64,000 bases of DNA, from the NCBI GenBank assembly GCA_965237905.1, contig OZ250172.1, positions 1,408,001 through 1,472,000 of the forward strand. Reading direction: 5' to 3'. This document shows positions 1 through 11,210 of the stretch, in pieces. This stretch comes from Nitrospinaceae bacterium (lineage in GTDB: Bacteria; Nitrospinota; Nitrospinia; Nitrospinales; Nitrospinaceae). The translations under genes were made by a program, and so were the position numbers. The notes beneath the pieces are model-generated. The model saw only the letters and a program-made list of their open reading frames with translations. It searched no databases and had not been told where the DNA came from. Within the stretch, counting starts at the first letter, position 1. Each line of letters opens with the position of its first letter.

Positions 1-1
1 A

Positions 2-292
2 GGCCGTATCCAGGGCTTGATGGTTGATCCAGAATCCTATCACCCGAGATATCTGGTTTTAACCATCGGTGGATTTCTGTTCACTGACGGAAAAATCATT
101 CTGTTCCCCAAGAATCATTATGAAACCCTTGAGTTGGGTAAAATCAAAACCTCCTGGCGCCGAGACTCGATCCAGCAATCCCCTTCCATCAACGATGTCC
201 AATCACTTTCCCTGGAAAGAGAGCAGGTCATTTTGGGTTACTACGATCTGGAACCCTATTGGGACGTTACGGAAATCAAAAGCAATACTTAA
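2..292 (+). CDS. PRC-barrel domain protein (5'-partial)
   Basis: Frame open from the window edge; GRIQGLMVDPESYHPRYLVLTIGGFLFTDGKIILFP fits the PRC-barrel pattern. Confidence 0.6.
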   Translation, partial: GRIQGLMVDPESYHPRYLVLTIGGFLFTDGKIILFPKNHYETLELGKIKTSWRRDSIQQSPSINDVQSLSLEREQVILGYYDLEPYWDVTEIKSNT

Positions 293-305
293 TTCCTCTT
301 CCGTC

Positions 306-1391
306 TTAACGCGCTTCAATCCGTTCTAACAACTGGTAGACCGCGTCCGAGACATCCTTGACGCTGATATCTTCAATGCAAAAGGGTTTGTTGTGAGCTG
401 AGGGTTTGCATTCCTTGAAAAAGTTGTGACGGCAGGGTGAACAGGGGTAATTTTTTGTAACTATTTCCTTTTTAGCAGGTTCGATACAGGGATCACTGGT
501 TTTAGGGCTTCCCGGACCGAAAATGGCGACGAGAGGCGTTTCCACCATAGCCGCCAGATTCATGAGGCCGCTGTCGTTGGCGATCAACAGTTGGCAGTTC
601 CGGAGCAGGGCCAGTACCACTCGCATATTCAAGCCCGTGAAAACCAGGGAGTGCTCCCGCGGACAGTATTTTCTGACCTGCTCGAGCAACTCCGCTTCCT
701 CACTGCTTCCCAACAATAGAATTTTGGCCCCTCTTTCCTTGATCAGCTTTTGACATAAAATACCGAACCGTTCCGGATGCCACCGCTTTTCCTGCTTGGA
801 GGCGCCCGGTTGAATCGCTACTTTGAAATCACTTGGATAAATTCCCTGTTGAGCCAACAATTCCTCTTGTTGCCCCACTTCTTCCTCTGAAACGATGGGT
901 TCGAATTTCTTTTCCACATCATTGATTCCGAGACAGGACACAATTCTGGAATAATAATCCATCCCATGTATTGATTTTGAATCCTTTTGCACGGCAAGTG
1001 GATGCGTTAAAAAAATTCCACGGCCCTCGGTTTGATAACCGATTCGGATTTTGGATCCCGACAGCCAAGTCATCATCGCACTACGAAAGGAATTGGGAAA
1101 CAACACCGCCAGGTCAAACTGATATTTTTTCAAACCTCGCGCAAACCGGCGGGCAGACCAAAAACCGTCTTCCTGCGTATAGGGAATTTTGATAACGGAA
1201 TCAATGGAAGGATGGTGCGATAAAAATTCATGGGCGGGAGGATGCGCCACCACGGTTATCCGCACATGAGGCAAGCGGGCTCTTAAGGCCTGAATTGTGG
1301 GAAGGGAGAACACCACATCCCCAAGCCAGTGAGGCATCCAAAATAAAATATGGCGAATGTCCTGTTCTTCAAGATTAATTGGACGGTCCAT
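306..1391 (-). CDS. waaF: lipopolysaccharide heptosyltransferase II (GT9)
   Basis: PHWLGDVV, PNSFRSA, NDSGLMNLAA, AIFGP motifs; ATG at 1391 has a GAGGAG RBS. Confidence 0.85.
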   Translation of the reverse strand: MDRPINLEEQDIRHILFWMPHWLGDVVFSLPTIQALRARLPHVRITVVAHPPAHEFLSHHPSIDSVIKIPYTQEDGFWSARRFARGLKKYQFDLAVLFPNSFRSAMMTWLSGSKIRIGYQTEGRGIFLTHPLAVQKDSKSIHGMDYYSRIVSCLGINDVEKKFEPIVSEEEVGQQEELLAQQGIYPSDFKVAIQPGASKQEKRWHPERFGILCQKLIKERGAKILLLGSSEEAELLEQVRKYCPREHSLVFTGLNMRVVLALLRNCQLLIANDSGLMNLAAMVETPLVAIFGPGSPKTSDPCIEPAKKEIVTKNYPCSPCRHNFFKECKPSAHNKPFCIEDISVKDVSDAVYQLLERIEAR

Positions 1392-1448
1392 GGTCTCCTC
1401 TGTTTCCAAATTGCGATCATTTATCGGTCTCGCATTGAGCAACGCAGG

Positions 1449-2702
1449 TTATTTGACTCGACGAATGGCAGCTCCCAATTGCGACAATTTTTTCTCCATA
1501 TCCTGATATCCCCGATCAATATGATAGACCCGCGAAACCACCGTATCCCGCTCAGCGACCAGACCTGCCAGAACAAGACAGGCACTGGCCCGCAAATCGG
1601 TGGCCATCACCGGAGCGCCGGACAATTGTCCCACTCCTCTTACGGTGGCCGTGTGGCCTTCGATGGAAATATCCGCACCCATACGTTTTAATTCCGCTAC
1701 ATGCATAAACCGGTTTTCGAACACCGTTTCAGCAATCCTGCTCTCGCCCTTGGCCAGTGTCATTAAAGTCATGAACTGAGCCTGTACGTCCGTTGCAAAA
1801 CCGGGATAAGGAGCTGTGGTGATATCCACAGCGGACAACTCCCCGTTACCTTTGACCCGCACCGAGTTTTCACCCGTGTCTACCGTCACCCCGGCTTGAC
1901 GAAGCTTGTCGATGATGGGCTTCATGTGCTCGGGCACGCAATTCAGCACCTCCACATTGCCGTTGGCAATCGCGGCGGCAATCATGTAAGTCGCCGCTTC
2001 AATCCGGTCCGGTAAAATTTGGCATTCAATTGGCGTTAAGGACGTCACCCCCTGGATAATGATCTTGTCGGTTCCGGCGCCCTTTATTTTAGCACCCGAA
2101 TGATTTAACACGTCGGCCAGAAAACCCACCTCCGGTTCTCTGGCTGCATTTTCCAGAATCGTTTCGCCCTCGGCCAGGGCCGCCGCCATCATGACGTTCA
2201 TCGTACCCGTGACCGTCACCAAATCAAATTTATGACGAACCCCTTTTAATTTTTTGGCGGTGCCATGGACGTACCCTTCCTCCAGCTGGATTTTTGCCCC
2301 CAGCGCTTCCAATCCTTTAATGTGAAGATCAATAGGCCGTGCCCCGATGGCGCATCCGCCGGGCAGTGAAACTTTGGCTTCGCCCAGCCGCGCCAGCAAA
2401 GGACCCAACACCAGGCAGGAAGCGCGCATGGTAGACACCAGATCGTAGGGCGCTATCGGATTATTGATCCCCGTGGCATCCAGAACGACGCGATCCCCTT
2501 CGAAACAGTCTACCCTTGCTCCCAGTTCCTCCACCAGACGAACCATTGTGGTGACATCCCGGACCCCCGGCACTGCCTGAATTTCACTTTTTCCCTGAGT
2601 GAGCAGAGTTGCCGCCAAGACCGGTAACACCGCATTTTTGGCTCCGCTGATGGTCACCTGGCCGTTCAGTGGATGACCGCCCTCCACGATGATTTTATCC
2701 AA
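1449..2702 (-). CDS. murA: UDP-N-acetylglucosamine 1-carboxyvinyltransferase
   Basis: GAKNAVLP, LPGGCAIGARP, ATDLRASA motifs; 417 aa. Confidence 0.98.
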   Translation of the reverse strand: MDKIIVEGGHPLNGQVTISGAKNAVLPVLAATLLTQGKSEIQAVPGVRDVTTMVRLVEELGARVDCFEGDRVVLDATGINNPIAPYDLVSTMRASCLVLGPLLARLGEAKVSLPGGCAIGARPIDLHIKGLEALGAKIQLEEGYVHGTAKKLKGVRHKFDLVTVTGTMNVMMAAALAEGETILENAAREPEVGFLADVLNHSGAKIKGAGTDKIIIQGVTSLTPIECQILPDRIEAATYMIAAAIANGNVEVLNCVPEHMKPIIDKLRQAGVTVDTGENSVRVKGNGELSAVDITTAPYPGFATDVQAQFMTLMTLAKGESRIAETVFENRFMHVAELKRMGADISIEGHTATVRGVGQLSGAPVMATDLRASACLVLAGLVAERDTVVSRVYHIDRGYQDMEKKLSQLGAAIRRVK

Positions 2703-3594
2703 GCACCCTCCTCGTGGAAACCACGCGGTCGCGTCCGCTCAAATCCTGAAGGATTTCAATTTCATCCCACCCACCGTGAGCCTGAAGGCTCTGCCTGACC
2801 GGTCCGGCCTGATCGTCTCCCACTTCGAATATCAAATGGCCCCCCGGCTTTAAATAAGGGAATGCGTTCGCAACGATACACCGGTAACACGCCAGGCCGT
2901 CCGGCCCGCCATCCAACGCCGCTCGCGGCTCGTAATCGCGGACGTCCGGCATCAACCGCTCCAACTCTTGGAAAGGAATGTAAGGGGGATTGGAAAGAAT
3001 AAAATCATAGCAGGAGTTTTCTGGAAGACCCCAGTCGCGCATTAAATCCATCTTTAAAAATTCAATCCGGTCCGCCACCTGGTGCCGGAGCACGTTTTCC
3101 TGCGCTACCTCAAGAGCATCATCTGAGTTATCTGCCGCTGTCACCCGGACCTTCGGAAACTCCAGCGCCGCCACGATTGCGAGGTTTCCCGATCCTGTAC
3201 CCACATCTAAAATGCGAATTGATTTCTCATCCGCTCCATCTCCGGCAAGATTCAGCAAACGCTCGATAACCCCCTCCGTTTCGGGACGAGGGATCAACAC
3301 TTTCGGGTTGACCTTGAACTCCAATGACCAGAATTCCCGGTGACCGACGATATAAGCTAAAGGCTCTTTCCGGCAACGGCGCTCGACGAGTTGTTGGAAT
3401 TTTTCTTCCTGCGGGCCCGTCAACTCCTGATCCGGGTGGATAATGATATCTTCTTTTCTCAGTTCCAGAACATGCGCCAAGAGAAGCTCCGCCTCCAACC
3501 GCGCCTGTTCAATGTGATTCGAAGAAAGCGTATCGGTCGCTTCCTTCAACACACTCCTGAGAGTAACTGAAATTTTATGGGGAGAATCTATCAT
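2695..3594 (-). CDS. prmC: release factor glutamine methyltransferase
   Basis: LIPRPETE, DVGTGSG, SNPPY; directly downstream of prfA. Confidence 0.97.
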   Translation of the reverse strand: MIDSPHKISVTLRSVLKEATDTLSSNHIEQARLEAELLLAHVLELRKEDIIIHPDQELTGPQEEKFQQLVERRCRKEPLAYIVGHREFWSLEFKVNPKVLIPRPETEGVIERLLNLAGDGADEKSIRILDVGTGSGNLAIVAALEFPKVRVTAADNSDDALEVAQENVLRHQVADRIEFLKMDLMRDWGLPENSCYDFILSNPPYIPFQELERLMPDVRDYEPRAALDGGPDGLACYRCIVANAFPYLKPGGHLIFEVGDDQAGPVRQSLQAHGGWDEIEILQDLSGRDRVVSTRRVLG

Positions 3595-3630
3595 AAGGTG
3601 TCCCGACTAAAAAGGAATGCTGGGGCGTTA

Positions 3631-4701
3631 TCAGTTTTGACTGCCTTTCAAGGCTTCGGCCTGAAAATACAGTGTGACCTTTCCCAGAAGCTCATCGAGG
3701 TCTCCCTCCATGATCTGCGACAGCTTGTGGAGAGTCAAGCCAATCCTGTGATCCGTTACCCGCTCCTGCGGAAAATTGTAGGTTCGAATTCGTCCGCTCC
3801 GGTCTCCACTTCCAATCTGTTGCTTGCGGTCCGCCGCCAACTGCTCCTGCTGTTTGCGTTGTTCCTCATCGTACAAGCGGGCACGCAGAACCTTCATCGC
3901 CTTTTCCTTGTTTTTGTGTTGCGACTTTTCATCCTGACAGATGACCACAATCCCACTGGGGACATGGCTGATCCGTACAGCCGAATCGGTGGTATTGACA
4001 CTTTGGCCTCCCGGTCCGGAAGAACGGTAGACATCTACTTTGAGGTCCGAAGGATTAATCTGGACATCCACCTCCTCCGCTTCAGGCATTATCGCCACCG
4101 TCACCGCCGAGGTATGAATGCGTCCCTGCGTTTCGGTGGTCGGCACCCGTTGCACCCGGTGGGTCCCGGCTTCATATTTGAGTTGGCTGAACACGCCCTT
4201 GCCCTGGATACTGAGGATCACTTCCTTGAAGCCGCCGACACCGGTTTCATTGCTACTCATGATCTCCACCTTCCACTTCAAGGTTTCCGCATAACGCGAA
4301 TACATCCGGAACAGATCGGCGCAAAACAAACCCGCTTCGTCTCCACCGGTTCCTGCCCGGATTTCCATGATCACGTTTTTGGCGTCGCGCGGATCTTTGG
4401 GCAGCAGTAAAACCTTCAACTTCACTTCATTCTTCTCTTTTTCCTGTTTCAGGGATACGACCTCTTCCCGGGCCAAGTCCACCATTTCCGCATCCTGTTC
4501 CTCCTCGAGGACTTTCTGGTTCTCTTCCAACTGACGCACATTTTTTTTCCACTCCTGGTATTCCTTGACGATCTGGGCAATATCGGACTGCTCCTTGGCC
4601 AGTTTCTGAAACTCCGACTGTTGCTGGATAATTTTATGATCGCTCATCAATTCATTGAGCTCCTCATATCGCTTTTCAATTTCAGCCAATTGATCAAACA
4701 T
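3631..4701 (-). CDS. prfA: peptide chain release factor 1
   Basis: GGQ motif, PxT (PTT) anticodon motif, [11 protein letters not shown]. Confidence 0.98.
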   Translation of the reverse strand: MFDQLAEIEKRYEELNELMSDHKIIQQQSEFQKLAKEQSDIAQIVKEYQEWKKNVRQLEENQKVLEEEQDAEMVDLAREEVVSLKQEKEKNEVKLKVLLLPKDPRDAKNVIMEIRAGTGGDEAGLFCADLFRMYSRYAETLKWKVEIMSSNETGVGGFKEVILSIQGKGVFSQLKYEAGTHRVQRVPTTETQGRIHTSAVTVAIMPEAEEVDVQINPSDLKVDVYRSSGPGGQSVNTTDSAVRISHVPSGIVVICQDEKSQHKNKEKAMKVLRARLYDEEQRKQQEQLAADRKQQIGSGDRSGRIRTYNFPQERVTDHRIGLTLHKLSQIMEGDLDELLGKVTLYFQAEALKGSQN

Positions 4702-4789
4702 AGGAATAGCCGACTCGCTTAACCAAGCCGTATTTTAGATTGAGGGTGAAAAAAGGAACTGCGGGTAACGAAAAAAAGGAAGGGGAAAG

Positions 4790-5041
4790 CTAATTGGGAG
4801 CGGGTTCTTTAACGTTTTTAGCCGTGGCTTCTTTCGCCTCTTTAGCTTTTTGATATTTCCGGGTGAACTTCTCGATCCGTCCGGCGCTGTCCATAAGTTT
4901 CTGTTTGCCCGTGTAAAACGGATGGCAGGCGGAGCAAACTTCAATATGGATGTCTTTCACCGTGGAGCGAACATCCACTTTATTTCCGCAGGCGCACACA
5001 AAGGTGGTTTCATGATATTCCGGATGAATCTTAGCTTTCAT
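4790..5041 (-). CDS. rpmE: 50S ribosomal protein L31 (Zn-binding type)
   Basis: [19 protein letters not shown]. Confidence 0.97.
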   Translation of the reverse strand: MKAKIHPEYHETTFVCACGNKVDVRSTVKDIHIEVCSACHPFYTGKQKLMDSAGRIEKFTRKYQKAKEAKEATAKNVKEPAPN

Positions 5042-5074
5042 AACGACTTAAACCTCTCTTAAATAACTGTAAAA

Positions 5075-6352
5075 TCAGGAGTTCATCGATTGGATGAACT
5101 CGGCATTCGTTTTGGTTTCCTTCATTCTCTGGATTAGGAGCTCCATCGTATCATGGATGCCCATCGGGAGCAAAACTTTTCTAAGTAGCCAAATACGTTG
5201 TAATTCCTCCTCTTCCATGAGCAACTCCTCTTTCCGAGTACCGGACCGGTTGATATCGATCGAGGGGAAAGTCCGTTTATCAGCGAGCTTCCGGTCGAGA
5301 ACGATTTCCATGTTGCCGGTGCCCTTGAATTCCTCAAAAATAACGTCATCCATACGGCTTCCGGTATCCACCAGCGCGGTGGCGATGATGGTAAGACTGC
5401 CACCTTCCTCCAGATTCCGGGCGGCGCCAAAAAACCGTTTGGGTCGTTGCAGGGCATTGGAATCCACACCACCGGAAAGTACCTTGCCGCTGGGCGGCAC
5501 GATGGCGTTGTAGGCCCGCGCCAGGCGGGTGATGCTGTCCAGCAGAATCACGACGTCCTTTTTGTGCTCGACCAGCCGTTTGGCCTTCTCGATCACCATT
5601 TCCGCAACCTGGACGTGGCGTTGGGCCGGCTCGTCAAAGGTGGAGCTGATAGTCTCGCCCTTTACCGACCTCTGCATGTCCGTCACTTCTTCAGGACGCT
5701 CGTCAATCAACAACACAATGAGAACCACTTCCGGAAAATTGGTGCTGATGCTGTTGGCAATCGATTGCAACAACATGGTTTTACCCGTCCGCGGCGGGGC
5801 CACGATCAGGCCGCGCTGGCCTTTACCGATCGGCGCCATCAGGTCCATGATGCGCGCGCTGTAATCTTTGCTGTTCGGCGTTTCCAAGCGCAGACGCTCT
5901 TCGGGATACAACGGCGTCAGGTTGTCGAACAGTATCTTGTCCTTGGTCTTGTCGGGATTTTCAAAGTTGCTGGCCTCGACCTTCAACAACGCAAAATACC
6001 GCTCATTTTCCTTGGGCGGACGAATCTGCCCGGAGATCGTGTCGCCAGTATGCATGTCGAACCGGCGTATCTGTGAAGGCGAAACGTAAATGTCGTCCGG
6101 GCCCGGCAGGTAGTTATAAGTGGGTGCCCGCAGAAATCCGAAGCCGTCCGGCAAAATTTCCAGAACTCCCTGGCCGAACATCAGACCTTCTTTTTCGATC
6201 TGGACCTGGAGTATCTTGAATATCAAATCCTGCTTCTTCAAACCGCTATGACCCTGAATTTTTAGAGTCTTCGCCAGGTTGGTCAGTTCGGAAATGGTTT
6301 TCGCCTTTAATTCTTCAATATTGGTAGTGGGTGGTTGTGTGGTTTCAGTCAT
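5075..6352 (-). CDS. rho: transcription termination factor Rho
   Basis: [27 protein letters not shown] motifs. Confidence 0.98.
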   Translation of the reverse strand: MTETTQPPTTNIEELKAKTISELTNLAKTLKIQGHSGLKKQDLIFKILQVQIEKEGLMFGQGVLEILPDGFGFLRAPTYNYLPGPDDIYVSPSQIRRFDMHTGDTISGQIRPPKENERYFALLKVEASNFENPDKTKDKILFDNLTPLYPEERLRLETPNSKDYSARIMDLMAPIGKGQRGLIVAPPRTGKTMLLQSIANSISTNFPEVVLIVLLIDERPEEVTDMQRSVKGETISSTFDEPAQRHVQVAEMVIEKAKRLVEHKKDVVILLDSITRLARAYNAIVPPSGKVLSGGVDSNALQRPKRFFGAARNLEEGGSLTIIATALVDTGSRMDDVIFEEFKGTGNMEIVLDRKLADKRTFPSIDINRSGTRKEELLMEEEELQRIWLLRKVLLPMGIHDTMELLIQRMKETKTNAEFIQSMNS

Positions 6353-6566
6353 GGGTGGTGGTTGGGTAAAAGGTTAGATGGATGGACTGTAATTGCCTTG
6401 TGGTTGATGATTGCCCTGTGTCTGCTTATCGGTTCGAGTGGGTTTTGGGAGATGTCCCAGAATCCTCTAAAGAGACTCTGTCTATGGAAATCATTTCGCA
6501 GGATTTTCCGGATATTTGATTGATTTCAGAGGCTTTAGGAAGCACTACTTCTTGGGGTTCTCTCCT

Positions 6567-6595
6567 AACTTAAACGGTTATTATTTATTTGTCAA
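6567..6595 (-). promoter_or_regulatory. putative sigma70 promoter of the rho operon
   Basis: TTGACA-17 bp-TAAGTT on the - strand, about 210 nt upstream of rho. Confidence 0.6.
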
Positions 6596-6964
6596 TCATT
6601 TTATATCGCTTTTGAAGTTTTGGGTGGAGCCGCCAGGATGGAATCAAGGAAAGGGGTGCTTGGCTTGCCGTGGCAAGGTTAGCCACTATAGCACTATTCC
6701 TATCAATTCGCGAACCGCATTTTTTTGACCTCTATTTTCGTTTTTTATTCGTCTTGCGATTTCTGGCTCATAAAGTGTCGCTGCACACGTGTATCGACAT
6801 CATGGACCTGTGCCCTCCGGCGTGGAAAGTGACAGAGGATCGTTACCGCGCAATCAACCGGCGAACGACTTCTGAGGAACATCAAGAGACGATTCGCATC
6901 ACTCAAATTGGAATATCAATCACGGTGTCATAGGACTGTTTCCCAGAAAACTTATCAAAACTAC

Positions 6965-6993
6965 TTGCCTTTATCTCAAGAGACGACTAGCAT
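6965..6993 (+). promoter_or_regulatory. putative sigma70 promoter
   Basis: TTGCCT-17 bp-TAGCAT upstream of the CDS at 7054. Confidence 0.45.
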
Positions 6994-7053
6994 AAAGAAG
7001 TTTTTATAATTGAGTATTTTAACCGCTGACACAATCGAAAACAGGAAATCGAT

Positions 7054-7497
7054 ATGGCCAAGAAAAAAATTAAGAACCCTTGGGATCAATGCAAAAATTG
7101 CCTGCCGGCAAAATGCTGCACCTACTTCTCTCTGGAAGTGGACGAACCCGAAAACCGCAAGGATTACGAAGCGATGTTATGGCAGATCGCGCACAGGGGC
7201 GTTTCATTTTATATCTACCGCAAGGCCTGGTATATGATGGTGGACTCGGTTTGCGAGTTTCTCACTCCGGAAAACAAATGCGGCATTTACGAAACCCGTC
7301 CTTATATCTGCAAGGAGCACAGCATTGAAACCTGTGAATACACCGAGGGAGATTACGGGTTTACGGAGCATTTCAAGTCTTACGATGAGTTGATGGCGTG
7401 GATTAAGGAAAACACTAATTTCCGCTTCAAGGACCGGCATCAAGTGGCGAAGGAGACCAACACCAAGGTCCGTCCTCTACGAGCGGCTATCGGCTGA
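7054..7497 (+). CDS. YkgJ-family cysteine-cluster (CxxCxxCC) protein
   Basis: CKNCLPAKCC, CEFL, CGIYETRPYIC; AGGA RBS. Confidence 0.85.
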   Translation: MAKKKIKNPWDQCKNCLPAKCCTYFSLEVDEPENRKDYEAMLWQIAHRGVSFYIYRKAWYMMVDSVCEFLTPENKCGIYETRPYICKEHSIETCEYTEGDYGFTEHFKSYDELMAWIKENTNFRFKDRHQVAKETNTKVRPLRAAIG

Positions 7498-7544
7498 AGC
7501 ACCTCATACTGAGACCGACACAAACACGATCTCATTTCCCCAAT

Positions 7545-7587
7545 AAAAAACCCCAACCGAGAAATGACTATCTCGGTTGGGGTTTTT
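7545..7587. terminator. bidirectional intrinsic terminator
   Basis: AAAAAACCCCAACCGAGA-loop-TCTCGGTTGGGGTTTTT between the convergent YkgJ-family gene and rplQ. Confidence 0.9.
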
Positions 7588-7602
7588 GCTAACTGTCGGT
7601 TA

Positions 7603-8253
7603 TTACTTTTTCTTCTTCGGCGCGGCTTTTTTCGTTGCAGCTTTTTTAGGCGCGGCTTTCGCCGGCTTTTTAGCAGCTGCCTTTTTGGGGGCGGCTTTTT
7701 TGGCTTCCGTTTTTTTCTTGTCTACTTTTTTAGCTTCCGCCGGCTTCTTTTTGGTTTCGGTTTTCTTGACCGCTTTCTTTTCAGTTTTCTTTTCTTTTTC
7801 CGGTTTGGCTTCGGCTTTCTTTTCAGGCTTTTTCGCGGTGTCTTTTTTAGGAGCGGCCTTTTTCTCGGCCTTGGCCTTGGTTGCCGGCGCTTCGCCTTCC
7901 CGGTCTACCAACTCGATAAACGCCATAGGCGCGTCATCACCCCGGCGGTTGCCGATTTTAATAATGCGGGTATAGCCGCCACTGCGTTTGGCATACCGCT
8001 CCGAAAGCGGGCCGAACAATTTGATAAACGCTTCCTTTTCCACAACCACCTTGCGCGCCAGGCGCTTGGCATGCAGAGTACCCTTTTTACCGAGAGTAAT
8101 CGTTTTTTCCACATGGCTCCGCAACTCTTTCGCCTTGGCAAGGGTGGTGCGGATCCGCTCCCGGCGGATCAGGGCAGTCACCAAATTCCGGAACAACGCT
8201 TTGCGGTGGGCAGTGGTACGGCCGAGTATTCGGCCTGATTTCAAATGTCGCAT
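7603..8253 (-). CDS. rplQ: 50S ribosomal protein L17 with a Lys/Ala-rich C-terminal tail
   Basis: [12 protein letters not shown]...GGYTRIIK...RRGDDAPMA, then about 100 aa of K/A/E-rich sequence. Confidence 0.97.
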   Translation of the reverse strand: MRHLKSGRILGRTTAHRKALFRNLVTALIRRERIRTTLAKAKELRSHVEKTITLGKKGTLHAKRLARKVVVEKEAFIKLFGPLSERYAKRSGGYTRIIKIGNRRGDDAPMAFIELVDREGEAPATKAKAEKKAAPKKDTAKKPEKKAEAKPEKEKKTEKKAVKKTETKKKPAEAKKVDKKKTEAKKAAPKKAAAKKPAKAAPKKAATKKAAPKKKK

Positions 8254-8287
8254 TAGATTTTCCTTGCTTCCTTCCTGATTCTACCCG

Positions 8288-9316
8288 TTAGGTCCGTTCA
8301 ACGTCGGTTTCCATTTCCTTTTTCTTACGCGCGGCGGTAATCTGCTTGATATCATCTTCTTCGAGCTTCATACCCAGATGCAGTCCCATTTCTTCGAGAA
8401 TCTCCTTGATCTCGTTGAGGGATTTGCGGCCAAAGTTCCGGGTTTTCAGCATCTCACCGTCGCCTTTTTGCACCAGCTCGGAAATAGTCTGGATATTGGC
8501 GTTCTTTAGACAATTGTAGGAACGCACCGAAAGTTCCAGCTCTTCCACGCTCTTGGACAAGTTGGTGATCATCTTTAGCTTCTTTTCGTCCACTTGGGGC
8601 TGGACCTGCTCCGGATCTTCATCGAAGTTGATGAAAACCTGCATATGGTCCTTGACGATTTTCGCGGCATGGGCGACTGCGTCTTCCGGAGATATACTTC
8701 CGTCGGTCCACAATTCCATGACCAAGGCGTCGAAATCGGTGGACTGACCGACACGGGTCTTTTCGACCGTGTAAATCACTTTTTCAATGGGCGAGAAGAG
8801 AGCGTCTACCGGAATCATTTGTACTGATTCGGCACTGAGGTCATGGCGGTCTGCAGGAACATAGCCCCGGCCTCTTTTAACAATCACTTCAAAATCCAAT
8901 GCTCCACTTTTGTCCAAAGTCGCGACCAGCTGATCCGGATTGAGAATTTCGATATCGGGGTCACCTTCAAAATCGCCCGCGGTAACTTTTCCCTCCGAAT
9001 TTTTCTTAAGGTACATCCTCTTCTGATCGACCTGACCGTGCATTCTGAGCTTTAACTGCTTGAGATTGAGAATGATCTCGCTGATATCTTCCATCACGCC
9101 GGGTATCGAGGAAAACTCGTGATAAATTCCCTCGAATTTAGCTCCAATAATGGAAGCTCCCTGCAAAGAGGACAGCAACATACGCCGCAACGAGTTTCCT
9201 ATGGTAACTCCGTACCCTCGCTCAAAGGGTCCTACCCGGAACTTGGCGTAATCACCGGTTCTTGTTTTCTTTTCAAAATCAATACGCTTAGGTTTAACGA
9301 TGCCTTGCATCACCAT
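8288..9316 (-). CDS. rpoA: RNA polymerase alpha subunit
   Basis: [32 protein letters not shown]. Confidence 0.98.
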   Translation of the reverse strand: MVMQGIVKPKRIDFEKKTRTGDYAKFRVGPFERGYGVTIGNSLRRMLLSSLQGASIIGAKFEGIYHEFSSIPGVMEDISEIILNLKQLKLRMHGQVDQKRMYLKKNSEGKVTAGDFEGDPDIEILNPDQLVATLDKSGALDFEVIVKRGRGYVPADRHDLSAESVQMIPVDALFSPIEKVIYTVEKTRVGQSTDFDALVMELWTDGSISPEDAVAHAAKIVKDHMQVFINFDEDPEQVQPQVDEKKLKMITNLSKSVEELELSVRSYNCLKNANIQTISELVQKGDGEMLKTRNFGRKSLNEIKEILEEMGLHLGMKLEEDDIKQITAARKKKEMETDVERT

Positions 9317-9397
9317 GTAGTCAATCCTCCGATTGAGTCTTTTGTTGACACCCAGAAGATGTGCTGAATGATTAGTTACTTCCGATTGTGGGGACTA

Positions 9398-10024
9398 TTA
9401 ACGCGAATAGAGTTCGACAATCAATTGTTCTTGAATAGGCATAGTAACATCCTCCCGGCTCGCGAGAGATTGCACGATCCCTTCCTTCTTATCGGCATCA
9501 AACGTAAGCCAGGAAGGCAGGGTTTTGCCCTTCAAGTTTTCGAGAGCGGTTTTAATTGGAAATTTTTCCGCCTTGCTTTGAACAGGTGCAATCACATCCC
9601 CTTTTTTCATAATATAAGAGGGAACATCCACTTTCTTGCCATTGACCGTAAAGAACCGATGGCGAACCAATTGCCGGGCGGCGTTTCTGGAACCCGCCAA
9701 GCCCATTCGAAAAACGACGTTATCGAACCTCATTTCCAAGAGTTGAAGGAGATTTTCCCCGGTAACCCCCTTCTGACGATCTGCTATCTTGAAATATTTT
9801 CTGAATTGTTTTTCCAAGACCCCATAAATGCGGCGCACTTTCTGCTTTTCTCTCAACTGAACGCCGTATTCTGAAAACTTGGTCCGGCCCTGTCCGTGTT
9901 GGCCGGGAGCATACGCTCTTTTATCGATGGCGCACTTGGGCGTTTCACACCGACTGGCCTTCAAAAACAGTTTTTCACCTTCTCTCCGGCAAAGCCGGCA
10001 TACTGAATCCGTATATCTCGCCAA
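9398..10024 (-). CDS. rpsD: 30S ribosomal protein S4
   Basis: [29 protein letters not shown]. Confidence 0.98.
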   Translation of the reverse strand: MARYTDSVCRLCRREGEKLFLKASRCETPKCAIDKRAYAPGQHGQGRTKFSEYGVQLREKQKVRRIYGVLEKQFRKYFKIADRQKGVTGENLLQLLEMRFDNVVFRMGLAGSRNAARQLVRHRFFTVNGKKVDVPSYIMKKGDVIAPVQSKAEKFPIKTALENLKGKTLPSWLTFDADKKEGIVQSLASREDVTMPIQEQLIVELYSR

Positions 10025-10049
10025 AACCTGATACTCCTTTTAAGTAAGC

Positions 10050-10439
10050 TTATACTCGTCTTCGTTTACGCGGACGGCAACCATTATGCGGAATGGGCGT
10101 TTTGTCCCGAATGACGGAAATCTCCATTCCTACCGCTTGTAAAGACCGAATGGCAGACTCCCGGCCCGCCCCGGGTCCTTTGACATGAACCTCCAGTTTT
10201 CTCATTCCCAAGTCTCTCGCTTTGACGGCTGCTTTTTCGGCTGCGACCTGGGCGGCAAAGGGGGTGCTCTTACGCGATCCCTTGAAACCCTGCGCACCGG
10301 CGCTCGACCAGGAAACCACGTTTCCGGACAAATCGCTGATCGTCACGATGGTATTATTGAACGTAGCCCGGATATGCGCGATGCCGCTTTCAGGGGCTGA
10401 TTTGCTTTTCTTTTTCCCGCCTTTGGATTTTTTGTCCAT
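10050..10439 (-). CDS. rpsK: 30S ribosomal protein S11
   Basis: TFNNTIV, KSTPFAA, PHNGCRP. Confidence 0.98.
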   Translation of the reverse strand: MDKKSKGGKKKSKSAPESGIAHIRATFNNTIVTISDLSGNVVSWSSAGAQGFKGSRKSTPFAAQVAAEKAAVKARDLGMRKLEVHVKGPGAGRESAIRSLQAVGMEISVIRDKTPIPHNGCRPRKRRRV

Positions 10440-10454
10440 GGATCCCTTCTTTAT

Positions 10455-10832
10455 TTATTTTTTAGGCTTGGCGCCACCACTCGTTATTTTGCGCGGCCCT
10501 TTACGGGTACGAGCATTGGTATGGGTGCGCTGGCCGCGAACCGGCAGACCGCGACGGTGACGTAAACCCCGGTAACACCCGATATCCATCAGGCGCTTCA
10601 TATTCATATTAATGGCACGGCGCATATCGCCTTCCACTTCATATTCTTTTTCGATAATGGAGCGGACCTTGGCAATCTGGTCCTCCGTCATATCCTTGAT
10701 TCGTACTTCCTGCGGGATTTCCGCCTTTTCCAGAATTTTTGCGGAACTGGTGGGCCCAACGCCATAAATATACGTCAAAGCAATCAGGGCTCTCTTATCC
10801 CGGGGAATGTCTACACCTGCAATGCGTCCCAC
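10455..10832 (-). CDS. rpsM: 30S ribosomal protein S13
   Basis: [28 protein letters not shown] start. Confidence 0.98.
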   Translation of the reverse strand: MGRIAGVDIPRDKRALIALTYIYGVGPTSSAKILEKAEIPQEVRIKDMTEDQIAKVRSIIEKEYEVEGDMRRAINMNMKRLMDIGCYRGLRHRRGLPVRGQRTHTNARTRKGPRKITSGGAKPKK

Positions 10833-10864
10833 ACGTTATCCTTTCTCAATCTGGGTTAAATCCG

Positions 10865-10978
10865 TCATCCCTGCCTTTGCTTGTGCTTGGGGTTTTCACA
10901 AATTACCCGCACCACACCCCGCCGGCGGATTATTTTACATTTGATACAAATAGGTTTAACGGATGATCTGACTTTCAT
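10865..10978 (-). CDS. rpmJ: 50S ribosomal protein L36
   Basis: Read by hand (absent from the ORF track): [37 protein letters not shown]. Confidence 0.97.
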   Translation of the reverse strand: MKVRSSVKPICIKCKIIRRRGVVRVICENPKHKQRQG

Positions 10979-10989
10979 AATACACCTTC

Positions 10990-11208
10990 TTATTTATAGC
11001 GATACGTTATTCGACCGCGCGTTAAATCGTAAGGAGACAGCTGGACTTTGACTTTATCTCCGGACAGAATCTTGATGAAATGCATCCGCATTTTCCCGGA
11101 AATATGAGCCAGAATTTTATGCCCGTTTTCCAACTCCACTCGAAACATGGCGTTGGGCAGGGGTTCCAAAACAGTTCCTTCGACTTCTATGGCTTCTTCT
11201 TTAGACAT
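10990..11208 (-). CDS. infA: translation initiation factor IF-1
   Basis: [11 protein letters not shown]...LPNAMFRV...[10 protein letters not shown]. Confidence 0.98.
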   Translation of the reverse strand: MSKEEAIEVEGTVLEPLPNAMFRVELENGHKILAHISGKMRMHFIKILSGDKVKVQLSPYDLTRGRITYRYK

Positions 11209-11210
11209 AA

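Noticed and set aside
6353..6376. Possible N-terminal extension of Rho
   Set aside because: In-frame TAA at 6374..6376, eight codons upstream of the ATG
6670..6933. 87-aa ORF in the rho-YkgJ intergenic region
   Set aside because: No motif, weak start and it overlaps hairpins; not supportable as a CDS
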